DNA of 64,000 nt from Dehalococcoidales bacterium (GCA_041656115.1 JBBAED010000001.1:98873-162872), one strand, 5' to 3'; positions 18,581 to 28,490 are shown, counted from the stretch's first letter. Numbers and translations are program-made. The notes: a model not told the origin generated them from the sequence alone.

Positions 18581-19624
18581 TTAAAACTGCCTCAAAAATC
18601 TAAGGTCGTTGCCGTAAAAGAGCCGTATGTCGTCTATTCCGTAACGTAACATCGGAATCCTTTCAATACCCATACCAAAAGCAAATCCGCTGTAAACGGT
18701 CGGGTCGATTCCAACCCCTTCCAAAACCCTCGGATGAACCATTCCGGCACCGAGTATCTCCAGCCAGCCGCTGTTACTACATACGCGGCAGCCGACACCT
18801 TTACAAACAATACATTCGATTGACATCTCCACACCGGGTTCAACAAACGGGAAGAAATCGCAGCGGAAACGTGCTTTGCGATCCGAACCGAAATAACGGC
18901 GGACAAATTCGTAAAGTGTGCCCTTTAAGTCTGCTAAAGTAATCCCTTTATCGACTGCCAATCCTTCAATTTGGGTAAACATTGGGATATGGGTGGCATC
19001 AATCGCCTCATATCTGTAAACCTTACCGGGAACAACAATCCGCAGCGGCGGCTCGATTTGCTCCATTACACGGACCTGCATCGGCGAGGTATGAGTCCTA
19101 AGAAGCATCGGCCGTTCGCCCTGTTCGTTCTCATAATCCACCCAAAGTGTCTGCATATTATCGCGCGCCGGATGTTCTTTGGGGATATTAAGCATATCGA
19201 AGTTATAACGGTCCCATTCTACTTCGGGGCCCTCGACAACCTGAAAACCCATCGAAATAAATATGCGGCACATTTCATCGATAACTTGTGAAATGGGGTG
19301 TAGCTGCCCAATCGGCGGCTTGCGCCCCGGCAGTGAGATATCAATGGCTTCTTCGCCTTTGGCGGAAACCATTTTTTCACCAAGCACGGTTTCTTTTTCT
19401 TTTAAGATGGCTTCCAGTTCCTGCTTAAGCTGATTGGCGCGACCGCCAACGGTCTTCTTTTCTTCAATAGATAAGGCTGCCAGCCCACGCAAGACCTCAT
19501 TAAGCCTGCTTTTTTTGCCCATATATTGAACCCGCCATAAATCCAGTTTTTTGTTGTCGTCTATGGCGTCAAGTTCGCAAACGGCTTGCTGTTTCAGTTC
19601 TTCCAGTTGTTCTAAAATACTCAT
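18581..19624 (-). CDS. pheS: Phenylalanyl-tRNA synthetase alpha subunit
   Basis: Class II motifs ([30 protein letters not shown]). The track ORF extends to 19762, but the extra 46 aa are not PheS-like. The start was chosen at [11 protein letters not shown] (ATG 19624). Confidence 0.9.
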   Translation of the reverse strand: MSILEQLEELKQQAVCELDAIDDNKKLDLWRVQYMGKKSRLNEVLRGLAALSIEEKKTVGGRANQLKQELEAILKEKETVLGEKMVSAKGEEAIDISLPGRKPPIGQLHPISQVIDEMCRIFISMGFQVVEGPEVEWDRYNFDMLNIPKEHPARDNMQTLWVDYENEQGERPMLLRTHTSPMQVRVMEQIEPPLRIVVPGKVYRYEAIDATHIPMFTQIEGLAVDKGITLADLKGTLYEFVRRYFGSDRKARFRCDFFPFVEPGVEMSIECIVCKGVGCRVCSNSGWLEILGAGMVHPRVLEGVGIDPTVYSGFAFGMGIERIPMLRYGIDDIRLFYGNDLRFLRQF

Positions 19625-19744
19625 TTTCTTTAATTCTTGCTTTGTTTTTATTTGAGGATTATATGCCATTGTGACTGGGAGGGTCAAATTCTGAGAGGTT
19701 TTGTTTAGAGTTATGTTGCTTTTTGTTGTCTTGGGCGCTCTTTT

Positions 19745-20502
19745 TATCATTCTGAGTACCATCTCATTTGTCTTTGCGAGCGCAGCGAAGCAATCTCTAA
19801 TAAATCAAGAGGTATTCATTTGTTGGAGATTGCCACGTCACTCGCCTAAAGGCTCGTTCCTCGCAAAGACGTTACTATTATTGTCATTCTGAGCTTGTCG
19901 AATAATCTGGGGGTTAGCGGATAGTGTAGTGTTCGGTAACGTATTTTAGGACAGGACTATGTCTCTTTTTTGATTCTGAGGGTACCTCATAGTCTATATT
20001 TCTCGTCCTCTTAGATCCTTCATTTCATTCAGGATGACAAAGAGGAAAAGCAAGGTGACAAAAAAAGCCCGTTCGCCCTGAGCTTGTCGAAGGGTCCAAC
20101 GAACGGGTGAAAACGAAGATTACCATCCGACCGCCGTTATGGTTCGACAGGCTCACCACGAACGGCTGAGGTATTTCTTTTTGTCTTTGCGAGTGCAGCG
20201 AAGCAATCTCTAATAAATCAAGAGGTATTCATTTGTTGGAGATTGCCACGTCACTCGCCTGACGGCTCATTCCTCGCAAAGACGTTTATAACTTGTCATT
20301 CTGAGCATAGCGAAGAATCTAGGGGTTAGCGAATAGTGCAGCGTTCGGCAATGGATTTTATGGTAGGACGATGCCTCTTTCGTAATTCCGAGGCAACCTA
20401 ATAGCCTACATTTCCCGTCCTCTTAGATCCTTCATTTCATTCAGGATGACAAGGGCGAGATTGCCATGTCACTTGCCTAAAGGCTCACTCCTCGCAAAGA
20501 CA
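19745..20502. repeat. Intergenic modular repeat array 4 (minus orientation)
   Basis: Reverse complements of modules D, A, Y, Z, D, A, Y and A. Examples are AGATTGCCACGTCACTCGCC...CCTCGCAAAGAC, TTCCCGTCCTCTTAGATCCTTCATTTCATTCAGGATGACAA and GGTTCGACAGGCTCACCACGAACGG. Confidence 0.95.
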
Positions 20503-20514
20503 GTATCGTTTCCT

Positions 20515-20549
20515 CATAAAAAATTACCCCCTCGTTTTCAGAGGGGGTA
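20515..20549 (-). terminator. Rho-independent terminator of the S-layer-like gene
   Basis: Perfect 10-bp stem TTACCCCCTC / GAGGGGGTAA with a 7-nt loop. On the minus strand it is followed by TTTTTT. Confidence 0.8.
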
Positions 20550-20582
20550 ATTGATTTCGAATTCTAAATTCAGTTCGGGTTT

Positions 20583-23045
20583 TTAGTAGGAGCTGTAGGC
20601 CATTCTTCTGCCCAACCAGACAGCAAAGATAAATACAACCACAACACCGAGGCCAACCCAAAGCCATGTTAACCAGGCGGGGAATCCACCGCCGACTACA
20701 AACGTGTTCACCGCGGAAGGGGATGAAGCGTTACCGGCAGCATCGGTAGCAATCACTCTCCAGTAATAGTGCCCGTTATCAGCCAGTTTTGCCAGTTTTT
20801 CGGCATCGGTTAGGGTATAAGTTGTGTTTGATAAATTGCGCTCAATTACTTTACTGTTGAAATTGCTATCGGTTGCAATCTGCAAGGTATAAGTTATCGG
20901 CAGGCTCAAATCGCTAACCGCACCCCATTCAAAAGTAACAATCCCTTTCTGTTTGGTGGTGCTTAACGGAGACGTCAATGCCGGTGCGGGGGGCGGGGTT
21001 GTTTCCATATCAAAAGTTAATTCAACTGAAGCGATACTGTCGGTTACCCCAATTGCATTCTCACCGCCGTGGCTGGCCGGAATAATAAAGGCAACATTAA
21101 AATTGCCTGCGGAGCCAACAACAATCGGAGTGGATGATTGTAAGGCAGCACCATTGTAAGTAATGGTAACGCTCTTGTTGGGGGTAAAACCTTCACCCTT
21201 AATAGTAACCTGATTGCCAACGTTGCCGCCGGTCGGACTGATTGTAGCGCTGGCGTTAACCGTAAATTTGACAACTTTAGCGGTAGTCCCATCACTAATA
21301 ATAAGGGTCTGTTCACCGCCGGCAATCGAAGGAATTATGAACCCGGCAGCAAAGCTGCCATCGCCATCAACAAGCGCTTCATTTACTTTATTGTCACCAA
21401 TCATAAGCGTTGCTTTTTTGCCTGCCGCAAAATAAGAACCGGTAACGATAATCATATCGCCGACTTCACCTTGGTTGACATCTAAGGTAACGGAAGGCTC
21501 AACTATATTGAATTCAACGCTTTTTACGGAACCGGCTGTGACGGTTACATCGTATTTACCGGGGCTCTTTGCGGGAACAATGAAGTTTAACGAGAAACTG
21601 CCCTTTGCGCCGGTAGTCACGTCACCGCCGTTTATGTCGATATCGTTGTCTCCGAATTCCAAACCAATATTCGTACTGGCAGCAAAACCGTTACCTTCAA
21701 CAGTAATTTTCATTCCACCGATACCCTCGGTTTTGTTTATATTTAATTTGGGTTCGACGGTAAAGCTCTTTTCGACGTTACCGACTTTAATTGAATGAAC
21801 ATTGCAAGTACTCTCGGGGATAATAATATCTTTGGTAAACTTTCCGGAAGTACTGACAGTGGCGGTACCGACAGATACGCCGTCAAACAGGATGGTAACT
21901 GTGCTTCCGGAAGTGAAAGTATTGCCGTTTACGGTAATTGTATCGCCAACGTTTCCTTTATTTTTACTTAATTCAATTACGGAATTTAAAAGGATTTCAA
22001 AATGCCCGGTATAATTAATCGAGCTTTTATTGCTATCCTCAGCTTTAATTGCATAAGAACCGGGGAGCGTAGTTTCGGGAATAACATAGGTAACGGTAAA
22101 AGAACCAAAATTATTTGTTCTTTTGTAGGTGCTGTCAACGAGCCATGTTATTTCGGTAGGGGATATAATTGTCCCGTTAAGGAAGAAATTTACACCGCTC
22201 CTGTAATCAAATCCTGTACCTTTAATGGTAAGCAATGTACCTGCTTGGCAAACATCGGGCGTTATCGATAAAGATGCCTTTACCGTGTACTTAAACTCAA
22301 AGGTTGCTTGAGAATCTTCACCGGTAACTTTAACTTTTTGTTCACCGTTTACTGCATCAGGAACTAAAAGTTCTAAATTGAATGAACCGTCGATACCCGT
22401 CCAAGGCTCTCCTATTTCACTGGTTATATCTCTGCCGGCAAATGTCACTATCAGGGCTTCGTCTTTGGCAAAGCCGGTACCGGAAATCACAACTTCATCA
22501 CCGACAAACCCGCTGGTAGTATCGATTGATGCCGATGCAATGCCGTGCATATAAAATTCGGTAACATATAATATTTTAGTACCTTTGCTTTCCTCAACAA
22601 CCCCGGATGCAGGCGTGTATTCTGTGACATAGAGATAATAAGTTCCGCCGTGCATAGTGTGCAGTTTGTCTGCACCGTCAGTTAAACTGCTGGGAATTGT
22701 TAAAGTGTTAACAAAGGCACTGTCACCGGGTGAAGTGCTTAGAATACCAACCCATTCTTTATAGGCTTTAACTTCGGTATCAATATCGTCCCCAACCTTG
22801 GCTTTCTGACTGGAGAAAAACAGAGAAAATCTATGTGCTTGGGAACCGGTTAGTGTAACCGAAAAATTGTCGCCTTTTACACCCTCCGATTTGTTGTAAT
22901 AGGTGTTGTTGGTAGCATTCCCTTGAATATTTTTAATAACCAGACTGCTAACAGTCGCCGCCGAAGCAATAGAGGCCGGAAGAGCCGTCAGCATCAACGC
23001 CAACGTAATAAACACCCCCAGCACTCGTAACATTTTCTTTTTCAC
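20583..23045 (-). CDS. Large secreted cell-surface (S-layer-like) protein with about six IPT/TIG-like repeats, an Fn3-like module and a C-terminal TM anchor
   Basis: Signal peptide (M)KKKMLRVLGVFITLALMLTALPASIASA, from a GTG at 23045 that lies 6 nt after GGAGG. GxVGDxhxhxGxGF recurs every ~85-90 aa (GFVGDEVVISGTGF, GNVGDTITVNGNTF, GEVGDMIIVTGSYF, GNVGNQVTIKGEGF and others). C-terminal hydrophobic helix WLWVGLGVVVVFIFAVWLG followed by RR. Confidence 0.75.
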   Translation of the reverse strand: MKKKMLRVLGVFITLALMLTALPASIASAATVSSLVIKNIQGNATNNTYYNKSEGVKGDNFSVTLTGSQAHRFSLFFSSQKAKVGDDIDTEVKAYKEWVGILSTSPGDSAFVNTLTIPSSLTDGADKLHTMHGGTYYLYVTEYTPASGVVEESKGTKILYVTEFYMHGIASASIDTTSGFVGDEVVISGTGFAKDEALIVTFAGRDITSEIGEPWTGIDGSFNLELLVPDAVNGEQKVKVTGEDSQATFEFKYTVKASLSITPDVCQAGTLLTIKGTGFDYRSGVNFFLNGTIISPTEITWLVDSTYKRTNNFGSFTVTYVIPETTLPGSYAIKAEDSNKSSINYTGHFEILLNSVIELSKNKGNVGDTITVNGNTFTSGSTVTILFDGVSVGTATVSTSGKFTKDIIIPESTCNVHSIKVGNVEKSFTVEPKLNINKTEGIGGMKITVEGNGFAASTNIGLEFGDNDIDINGGDVTTGAKGSFSLNFIVPAKSPGKYDVTVTAGSVKSVEFNIVEPSVTLDVNQGEVGDMIIVTGSYFAAGKKATLMIGDNKVNEALVDGDGSFAAGFIIPSIAGGEQTLIISDGTTAKVVKFTVNASATISPTGGNVGNQVTIKGEGFTPNKSVTITYNGAALQSSTPIVVGSAGNFNVAFIIPASHGGENAIGVTDSIASVELTFDMETTPPPAPALTSPLSTTKQKGIVTFEWGAVSDLSLPITYTLQIATDSNFNSKVIERNLSNTTYTLTDAEKLAKLADNGHYYWRVIATDAAGNASSPSAVNTFVVGGGFPAWLTWLWVGLGVVVVFIFAVWLGRRMAYSSY

Positions 23046-23244
23046 TAATTTCCTCCCCAATAAAATTCTCGACAATCAATTCTTGTGTTTTATATCTGTT
23101 TTTGTTGTTATACAGAATAAACGTATGAGCCTTTTTTGTCAAGCTAATCCATACGTAATTAATAACGTCCGCGGCTATAAAAAGTTACCTTTTTGGCAAT
23201 AATATTTTTTGCCGTCCGCTTGTGACAGGACGTTATTGACCTAT

Positions 23245-23268
23245 TTAGAACATTTGTGCTATTTTTAT
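23245..23268 (+). promoter_or_regulatory. Shared operator/extended -10 element, copy H (upstream of the head operon)
   Basis: TTAGAACATTTGTGCTATTTTTAT, ending 50 nt before the ATG at 23319. TTGACC at 23236-23241 lies 18 nt upstream of TATTTT. 21/24 identical to copy T. Confidence 0.6.
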
Positions 23269-23318
23269 ACCACTCGGCAAGATATGAGCTGAAGGAATAG
23301 ATTACGGAGTTGTAAGTT

Positions 23319-23639
23319 ATGGATATAGATTTACCCGCTAACGCTGAGTCGGACCCGCTCCCCGAAAATTACCATTACAGAGATGAAGGCTGCGAGCTCG
23401 CCAATTCCTGCTTAAACTGCCCTTTCCCGCAATGCGTTCTCGAGGAAACGGGCGGAATAAGGAAGTTTCTCAAGGAACAGCGAAACAATGAAATTATAAT
23501 CCTCTATAACAACGAAAAAAGGGATGTTAAGGAACTGGCGGTTATCTTTAAATTAAGCGTACGCACTATCCAAAGGGCGCTCGCAAACCGACGGCAAGCA
23601 CACCTGAGCACAACTCGAAAGGAGACCAATGACAAATAA
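23319..23639 (+). CDS. Cys4 + helix-turn-helix protein (phage-type regulator or DNA-recognition subunit)
   Basis: C-x5-C-x2-C-x4-C cluster (GCELANSCLNCPFPQC), then an HTH (DVKELAVIFKLSVRTIQRAL). Overlaps the portal gene start by 11 nt. Confidence 0.5.
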   Translation: MDIDLPANAESDPLPENYHYRDEGCELANSCLNCPFPQCVLEETGGIRKFLKEQRNNEIIILYNNEKRDVKELAVIFKLSVRTIQRALANRRQAHLSTTRKETNDK

Positions 23640-25011
23640 CAATTTTAACCCGCAGGTTTTGGAGCAAACGGATTTAACACGGGTTCATAACTATCGCCGA
23701 ATGCTGGATTTCTATAACGGCAACCAATGGCAAACGGGGAATGCTTACGGTGAAAAACAGCTTTCTTTTAACTATGCGCGGGCGGTTATTGATAAGACGA
23801 CCGCTTATATGATGGCCGGAGCCTATTGCAAAGCGGATGCTTCGGATGACACCAAAGAGGCAAGGGATAAAGCCGCCGCTGCGGAGAGGGTTTTGGGGCA
23901 AATATATGCCGATAATCGCTTGGAGCAGCTTGATTTCGATACCGAGACCGATTGCGCCATATTGGGAGATGCCTGTTATAAAGTAACTTGGGATACGGCA
24001 AATAAACGTGTAAGAATCACCGCCCCCGATGTATCCGGTATTTACGCTTGGTGGCCGGGCGACGACAGCTCCAAAATATGGCGTGTTGCCTCCCAATATA
24101 GCCTTAGCGCCGATGAAAGCGCCATGCTTTACGGCGTTAAGGTAAAAGAGAAAGCGGTAAAAATAACCGAAGTTTGGACGGAAAATCTCTTTGAATTATG
24201 GGTGGATAATAACCTGATTGAAAAGAAAATTAACCCCTACGGGTTTATACCGTTTGTTATTTTCCCAAACTTGCGCGAGCCCAAAAAGTTTTGGGGGAAA
24301 TCGGATATTACCCAACTGGCGGAACCTCAATGCGAACTGAACCGTGCCATAAGCCAGCTTGCGCGCATACTGGAACTTTCCGGTAATCCGATTGCGGTTT
24401 TGGAGAATGTGGAGGAATCCGAAGATATTGCGGTCAGCCCGGGGGCGGTTTGGAACATTCCCGAAGAAGCCAAGGCTTACCTGTTGGATTTATTACAGGG
24501 GGGTGGAGTCAACTTGCATATTGAGTATATTAACCTGCTTTACCGTACTTTGCATGACCTCGGCGAATCGCCGCGCGCCACATTCGGCACTACGTCCGGC
24601 AATACCTCGGGGGTCGCATTGGAAATTGAAATGCAACCCCTTTTGCAAAAAGTCTGGCGTAAAAGGCTGATTCGCAACACCGTCTACTGCGAACGCAACA
24701 GGCTTGCATTAAAACTCTTTTCCAAATACACGGGAGAGGATTTCGGTAATTTAAACTTGCGTATGGTTTGGAGCCCCGTGCTTCCGCGCGATATGGCAGG
24801 ACTGGCGGCAAACGAACAAATACTGGTTCAAAACGGAATCCATTCCAGGCGTACCGCAATGTCGCAAATCGGTATTAAGCACCCCGATTCCGAATTTAAC
24901 GATTGGCTTACGGAAAGAGCCTCCATTCTAAAAATGAATAACGAAAACAATCCAAGAACCGCCGGCAAAACGCGAGAGAGGGCAATAAGCGCTGCAAATG
25001 AAGGATTTTAA
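23629..25011 (+). CDS. Phage portal protein (SPP1 gp6-like)
   Basis: 460 aa. N-terminal YRRMLDFYNGNQW resembles the YYxGxH/Q signature of SPP1-type portals. Sits in the canonical position before scaffold and capsid, translationally coupled on both sides. Confidence 0.7.
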   Translation: MTNNNFNPQVLEQTDLTRVHNYRRMLDFYNGNQWQTGNAYGEKQLSFNYARAVIDKTTAYMMAGAYCKADASDDTKEARDKAAAAERVLGQIYADNRLEQLDFDTETDCAILGDACYKVTWDTANKRVRITAPDVSGIYAWWPGDDSSKIWRVASQYSLSADESAMLYGVKVKEKAVKITEVWTENLFELWVDNNLIEKKINPYGFIPFVIFPNLREPKKFWGKSDITQLAEPQCELNRAISQLARILELSGNPIAVLENVEESEDIAVSPGAVWNIPEEAKAYLLDLLQGGGVNLHIEYINLLYRTLHDLGESPRATFGTTSGNTSGVALEIEMQPLLQKVWRKRLIRNTVYCERNRLALKLFSKYTGEDFGNLNLRMVWSPVLPRDMAGLAANEQILVQNGIHSRRTAMSQIGIKHPDSEFNDWLTERASILKMNNENNPRTAGKTRERAISAANEGF

Positions 25012-25489
25012 GATTACAGCAGAGGTAAACAAATTGAGTAAATCAGACCAAATACAAACAGAAGATATCTTGCAAGAGGAATCCGAAAAAGATGATTTGA
25101 ACGACCTAAAAGCAAAACTCGGCGAAGCGGAAAAGATATCCGCCGGAAAAGAACTCAAAATAAATGCGCTGGAAAGGGAAATTGCCGACTTGGCAAAAAG
25201 GCACCGGGAGGCTGAAAACAAACTGGCCGATGCGGTATCAAACTATAAAACTTTGGCAATCGGTAATCACGCCGAAATACCGGCGGAGCTGGTGGGCGGG
25301 GCAAGTATTGAGGAAATTAACAACTCCTTAATCAGCGCCAAAATATTGGTCGATAAAATCAGGCGCGGGCTGGAAAACGAGGTAATGGCAACGCAGATTC
25401 CGATTGGCGCGCCGGTAAGAAGGGATTTTGATATATCAGGTCTGTCGCCGATTGAGAAAATTAAATACGCAATGAATAAGAGTAAGTAA
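24998..25489 (+). CDS. Scaffolding-like coiled-coil protein
   Basis: 163 aa, highly charged heptad-rich sequence (EESEKDDLNDLKAKLGEAEK...). Position between portal and capsid. Confidence 0.6.
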   Translation: MKDFKITAEVNKLSKSDQIQTEDILQEESEKDDLNDLKAKLGEAEKISAGKELKINALEREIADLAKRHREAENKLADAVSNYKTLAIGNHAEIPAELVGGASIEEINNSLISAKILVDKIRRGLENEVMATQIPIGAPVRRDFDISGLSPIEKIKYAMNKSK

Positions 25490-25582
25490 ATCCGTTTGCG
25501 GAGCACGTTATGGATAGTCCGAAGAGGCTTAACAAATCTGCAGCGGTCAACAATAAATCAGTTAAAAAGGAGAAATAATTTA

Positions 25583-26503
25583 GTGGCTTTAACATTAACC
25601 GAAGCATCAAAATTATCAAATGATATGTTAATACGCGGAGTGGCGGAAACCGTTATTAAAGATTCGCCGATACTGCAAAAACTGCCTTTTATCGAAGTGA
25701 TGGGTAACAGCTTGACCTATAACCGTGAAAACACTCTGCCCGGTATTGATTTTTACGATGTCGGGGAATCTTGGAAAGAATCCACTCCCACCTTTGAACA
25801 GAAGACTGCCACATTAAAAATAATCGGCGGCGATGCCGATGTGGATAACTTCTTAAAGGCGACACGCAGTAATATTCAAGATTTGGAAGCTGCCGTAATC
25901 GAAATGAAAGCCAAAGCGTTACGGCATAAATTCGAAGAAATTTTTATCTACGGGGATTCGGAGTTGAACGCAAAGCAGTTTGACGGTATCCGTAAGCTGA
26001 TTGATACGGAAACAGAAAGTAATCGGGTAATTTCGGTATCGGCAACGGGCGGTTCCCTGACGCTGGACTGCTTGGATGAACTTATTGATGCCGTAAAGGG
26101 TGATAAGCCGGATATGCTGCTAATGAGCCGTCGTTTAAGGCGCAAAATCAATTCATTGGTGAGAGGCACCGGCAGTATGCTGGCAACCGAATCCGATAAC
26201 TGGGGTAATTTTATTCAACTGTGGGACGGGATTCCGATTGGGGTTAACGACTGGATTTTAGATACGCATATCGTGGAAGACGGGGTGGAAACGGCAGTAA
26301 TCGGCGGAGGGTGTTCTACTATTTATGCACTCCAATTCGGAGAAGGAGCGCTCTGCGGTCTTTCCGGGCCGGGATTTTTACAGGTGGAATCGCTTGGGCA
26401 GCTTGAAAACAAAGATGCCTCGCGCACACGCGTCAAGTGGTATTGTTCCATGGCGCTCTTTTCATCGGTTAAGGCGGCGGCTCTGATTGGGGTTAAGGAT
26501 TAG
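25583..26503 (+). CDS. Putative major capsid protein (HK97-fold inferred)
   Basis: About 306 aa from GTG 25583, which has AAGGAG 8 nt upstream. The track ORF begins at a TTG at 25496. The call rests on size and position after the scaffold; the fold is not verifiable by eye. Confidence 0.6.
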   Translation: MALTLTEASKLSNDMLIRGVAETVIKDSPILQKLPFIEVMGNSLTYNRENTLPGIDFYDVGESWKESTPTFEQKTATLKIIGGDADVDNFLKATRSNIQDLEAAVIEMKAKALRHKFEEIFIYGDSELNAKQFDGIRKLIDTETESNRVISVSATGGSLTLDCLDELIDAVKGDKPDMLLMSRRLRRKINSLVRGTGSMLATESDNWGNFIQLWDGIPIGVNDWILDTHIVEDGVETAVIGGGCSTIYALQFGEGALCGLSGPGFLQVESLGQLENKDASRTRVKWYCSMALFSSVKAAALIGVKD

Positions 26504-26512
26504 GACAGAATT

Positions 26513-27505
26513 GTCTTTGCGAGGAACGAGTGTTTAGCGAATGATGTGGCAATCTAGCTCTTGTCATCCTGAACGAAGTGAAGGATCTAAGAGGACAGAA
26601 ACACAGGCTATGAGGCGTCTTCTGCAACAAAAAAGAGGCATCGCTCTATCGTATAAAGAGTAACCGAACTGTACACTATTCGCCAACCCCTAGATTCTTC
26701 GGCAGGCTCAGAATGACAAAGGAGGAGTCTACAACGACAAAAAGGAAGCCCTAGCCGTTCGTGGTGAGCTTGTCGAACCATAACGGCGGTCGAACAGTAA
26801 TCCTCGTTTCTTCCCGTTCGTGAGACCCTTCGACAGGCTCAGGGCGAACAAGTTTTTTAACGTCTTTGCGAGGAGTGAGCCGTTAGGCGAATGACGTGGC
26901 AATCTCGCTTTTGTCATCCTGAATGAAATGAAGGATATAAGAGGACGGGAAATATAGGCTATGAGGCATCCTCAGAATTATAAAAGAGGAATCGCTCTAC
27001 CGTATAAAGAGCACCCGAACGGTGGACTATTCGTCGACTCCCAGATTCTTCGGCAAGCTCAGAATGACAATACTAGGAATGCCCCAGCCGTTCGTGGTGA
27101 GCTTGTCGAACCATAACGGCGGTCGAACAGTAATTCTTGTTTCTCCCCGTTCGTGGAACCCTTCGACAAGCTCAGGGCGAACGAGTTTTTTAACGTCTTT
27201 GCGAGGAGAGAGCCGTCAGGCGAATGACGTGGCAATCTCACCCTTGTCATCCTGAATGAAATGAAGGATCTAAGAGGACGGGAAGCACAGGCTATTAGGT
27301 GACCTCGGCAATAAAAAAGTGGCATCGCTCTATCGTATAAAGAGTAACCGAACACTGCACTATTCGTTAACCCCTAGATTCTTCGGCAGGCTCAGAATGA
27401 CAATAGTAGAAACGTCTTTGCGAGGAGTGAGCCGTCAGGCGAATGACGCGGCAATCTCCTACGAATTTATTAGAGATTGCTTCGCTGCGCTCGCAAAGAC
27501 AAAGG
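26513..27505. repeat. Intergenic modular repeat array 5, inside the phage-like operon (A, Y, Z, A, Y, Z, A, Y, A-D; plus orientation)
   Basis: The largest array at ~1 kb. It has three near-tandem A-Y(-Z) super-units. Confidence 0.95.
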
Positions 27506-28239
27506 AAATTGCTCGTCTTTCCGGTCAGGAACGGACTCGCAAAGACACAGAAAACAGAGCGTCCGAAGCAGGAGAACTTGCAAAAACAAAGGAGGAAAAC
27601 AAAACGACATTAACCAAACTTAAAGAATACGTCAGAATCGATTTGCACGATAACGACTCAAATAACTACCGCTGGGATGACAGCGAGATAGAAAGGCACA
27701 TCTTACACGCCACAAACGACCTTTCAATCGCCATTCCGCTGCAACGAACAGCAACAATCCCAACAACCGGCGGCTCAAGAGATGTTGATATTTCGCAAAT
27801 TACGGATAGGATTTCAATCTATGCGGCAGGATATCCGCTTCATCTCTTCCCGCGTTATTATCGCCGCTTTATAGTTAATACTAACGTACTCACGCTTACG
27901 GACGGGCCTGTTCCCAACGGTGAGAATATCTGCATCTACTATAAAAAAGCATATTCCGTAACCGAGGCAGAATCCGAAATCCCGTCGCATTTGGAAGAAT
28001 TGGTTATTTGCGGCGCTTGCGGGTACGCCGCCGTGGAGCTGGCAATCTATTCCGTAAACCGGATTAACACCGGCGGCGATTATACCGCCAAAGAATTCCT
28101 GCGCTGGGGTGAAGCGAAAATCAATTATTTTCGAGGCGAGCTAAAGAAACGAGGCCATAACAACCGTTTACGCATAAACCGTTTGTACAGAGCCTATCAG
28201 TTACCTTTCCCGAAAATATCGGCGGTTAAGCAATTTTAA
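27319..28239 (+). CDS. Phage-like structural protein (possible head completion/adaptor), 5' end uncertain
   Basis: The non-repeat part begins about 27590 (TLTKLKEYVRIDLHDND...IERHILHATNDL), which resembles the start of gp6-like head-tail connectors. The N-terminal ~60 codons of the track ORF are repeat-derived. AAGGAGG at 27588-27594 is not followed by an in-frame ATG, GTG or TTG. Confidence 0.45.
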   Translation: MASLYRIKSNRTLHYSLTPRFFGRLRMTIVETSLRGVSRQANDAAISYEFIRDCFAALAKTKEIARLSGQERTRKDTENRASEAGELAKTKEENKTTLTKLKEYVRIDLHDNDSNNYRWDDSEIERHILHATNDLSIAIPLQRTATIPTTGGSRDVDISQITDRISIYAAGYPLHLFPRYYRRFIVNTNVLTLTDGPVPNGENICIYYKKAYSVTEAESEIPSHLEELVICGACGYAAVELAIYSVNRINTGGDYTAKEFLRWGEAKINYFRGELKKRGHNNRLRINRLYRAYQLPFPKISAVKQF

Positions 28240-28253
28240 CCGCCGACCGCTAA

Positions 28254-28490
28254 TTATTTCTTTGTTGTAAATACAACGGCAAAGAGAATCATTACCAATA
28301 TGACACAAAGGGCATTTAATAAACCGGCAATCGCATTGCCGCCGATAAAACTGTCGGCGAACAGCAGTAAACTGCCGGCTCCGTAAAAGATAGGCAGCAG
28401 TAAGTTAACCGATTTATCTTTCCTGGATATCACCTGATAAATCTGAACAATCCAACCGGCAAAGATAAACAAAAATCCAAAATATAACAT
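28254..28490 (-). CDS. Small 3-TM membrane protein (holin-like topology, speculative)
   Basis: 78 aa with three hydrophobic segments and a basic C-terminus (TTKK). GGAGG RBS (the plus strand shows CCTCC at 28503-28507). Confidence 0.45.
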   Translation of the reverse strand: MLYFGFLFIFAGWIVQIYQVISRKDKSVNLLLPIFYGAGSLLLFADSFIGGNAIAGLLNALCVILVMILFAVVFTTKK

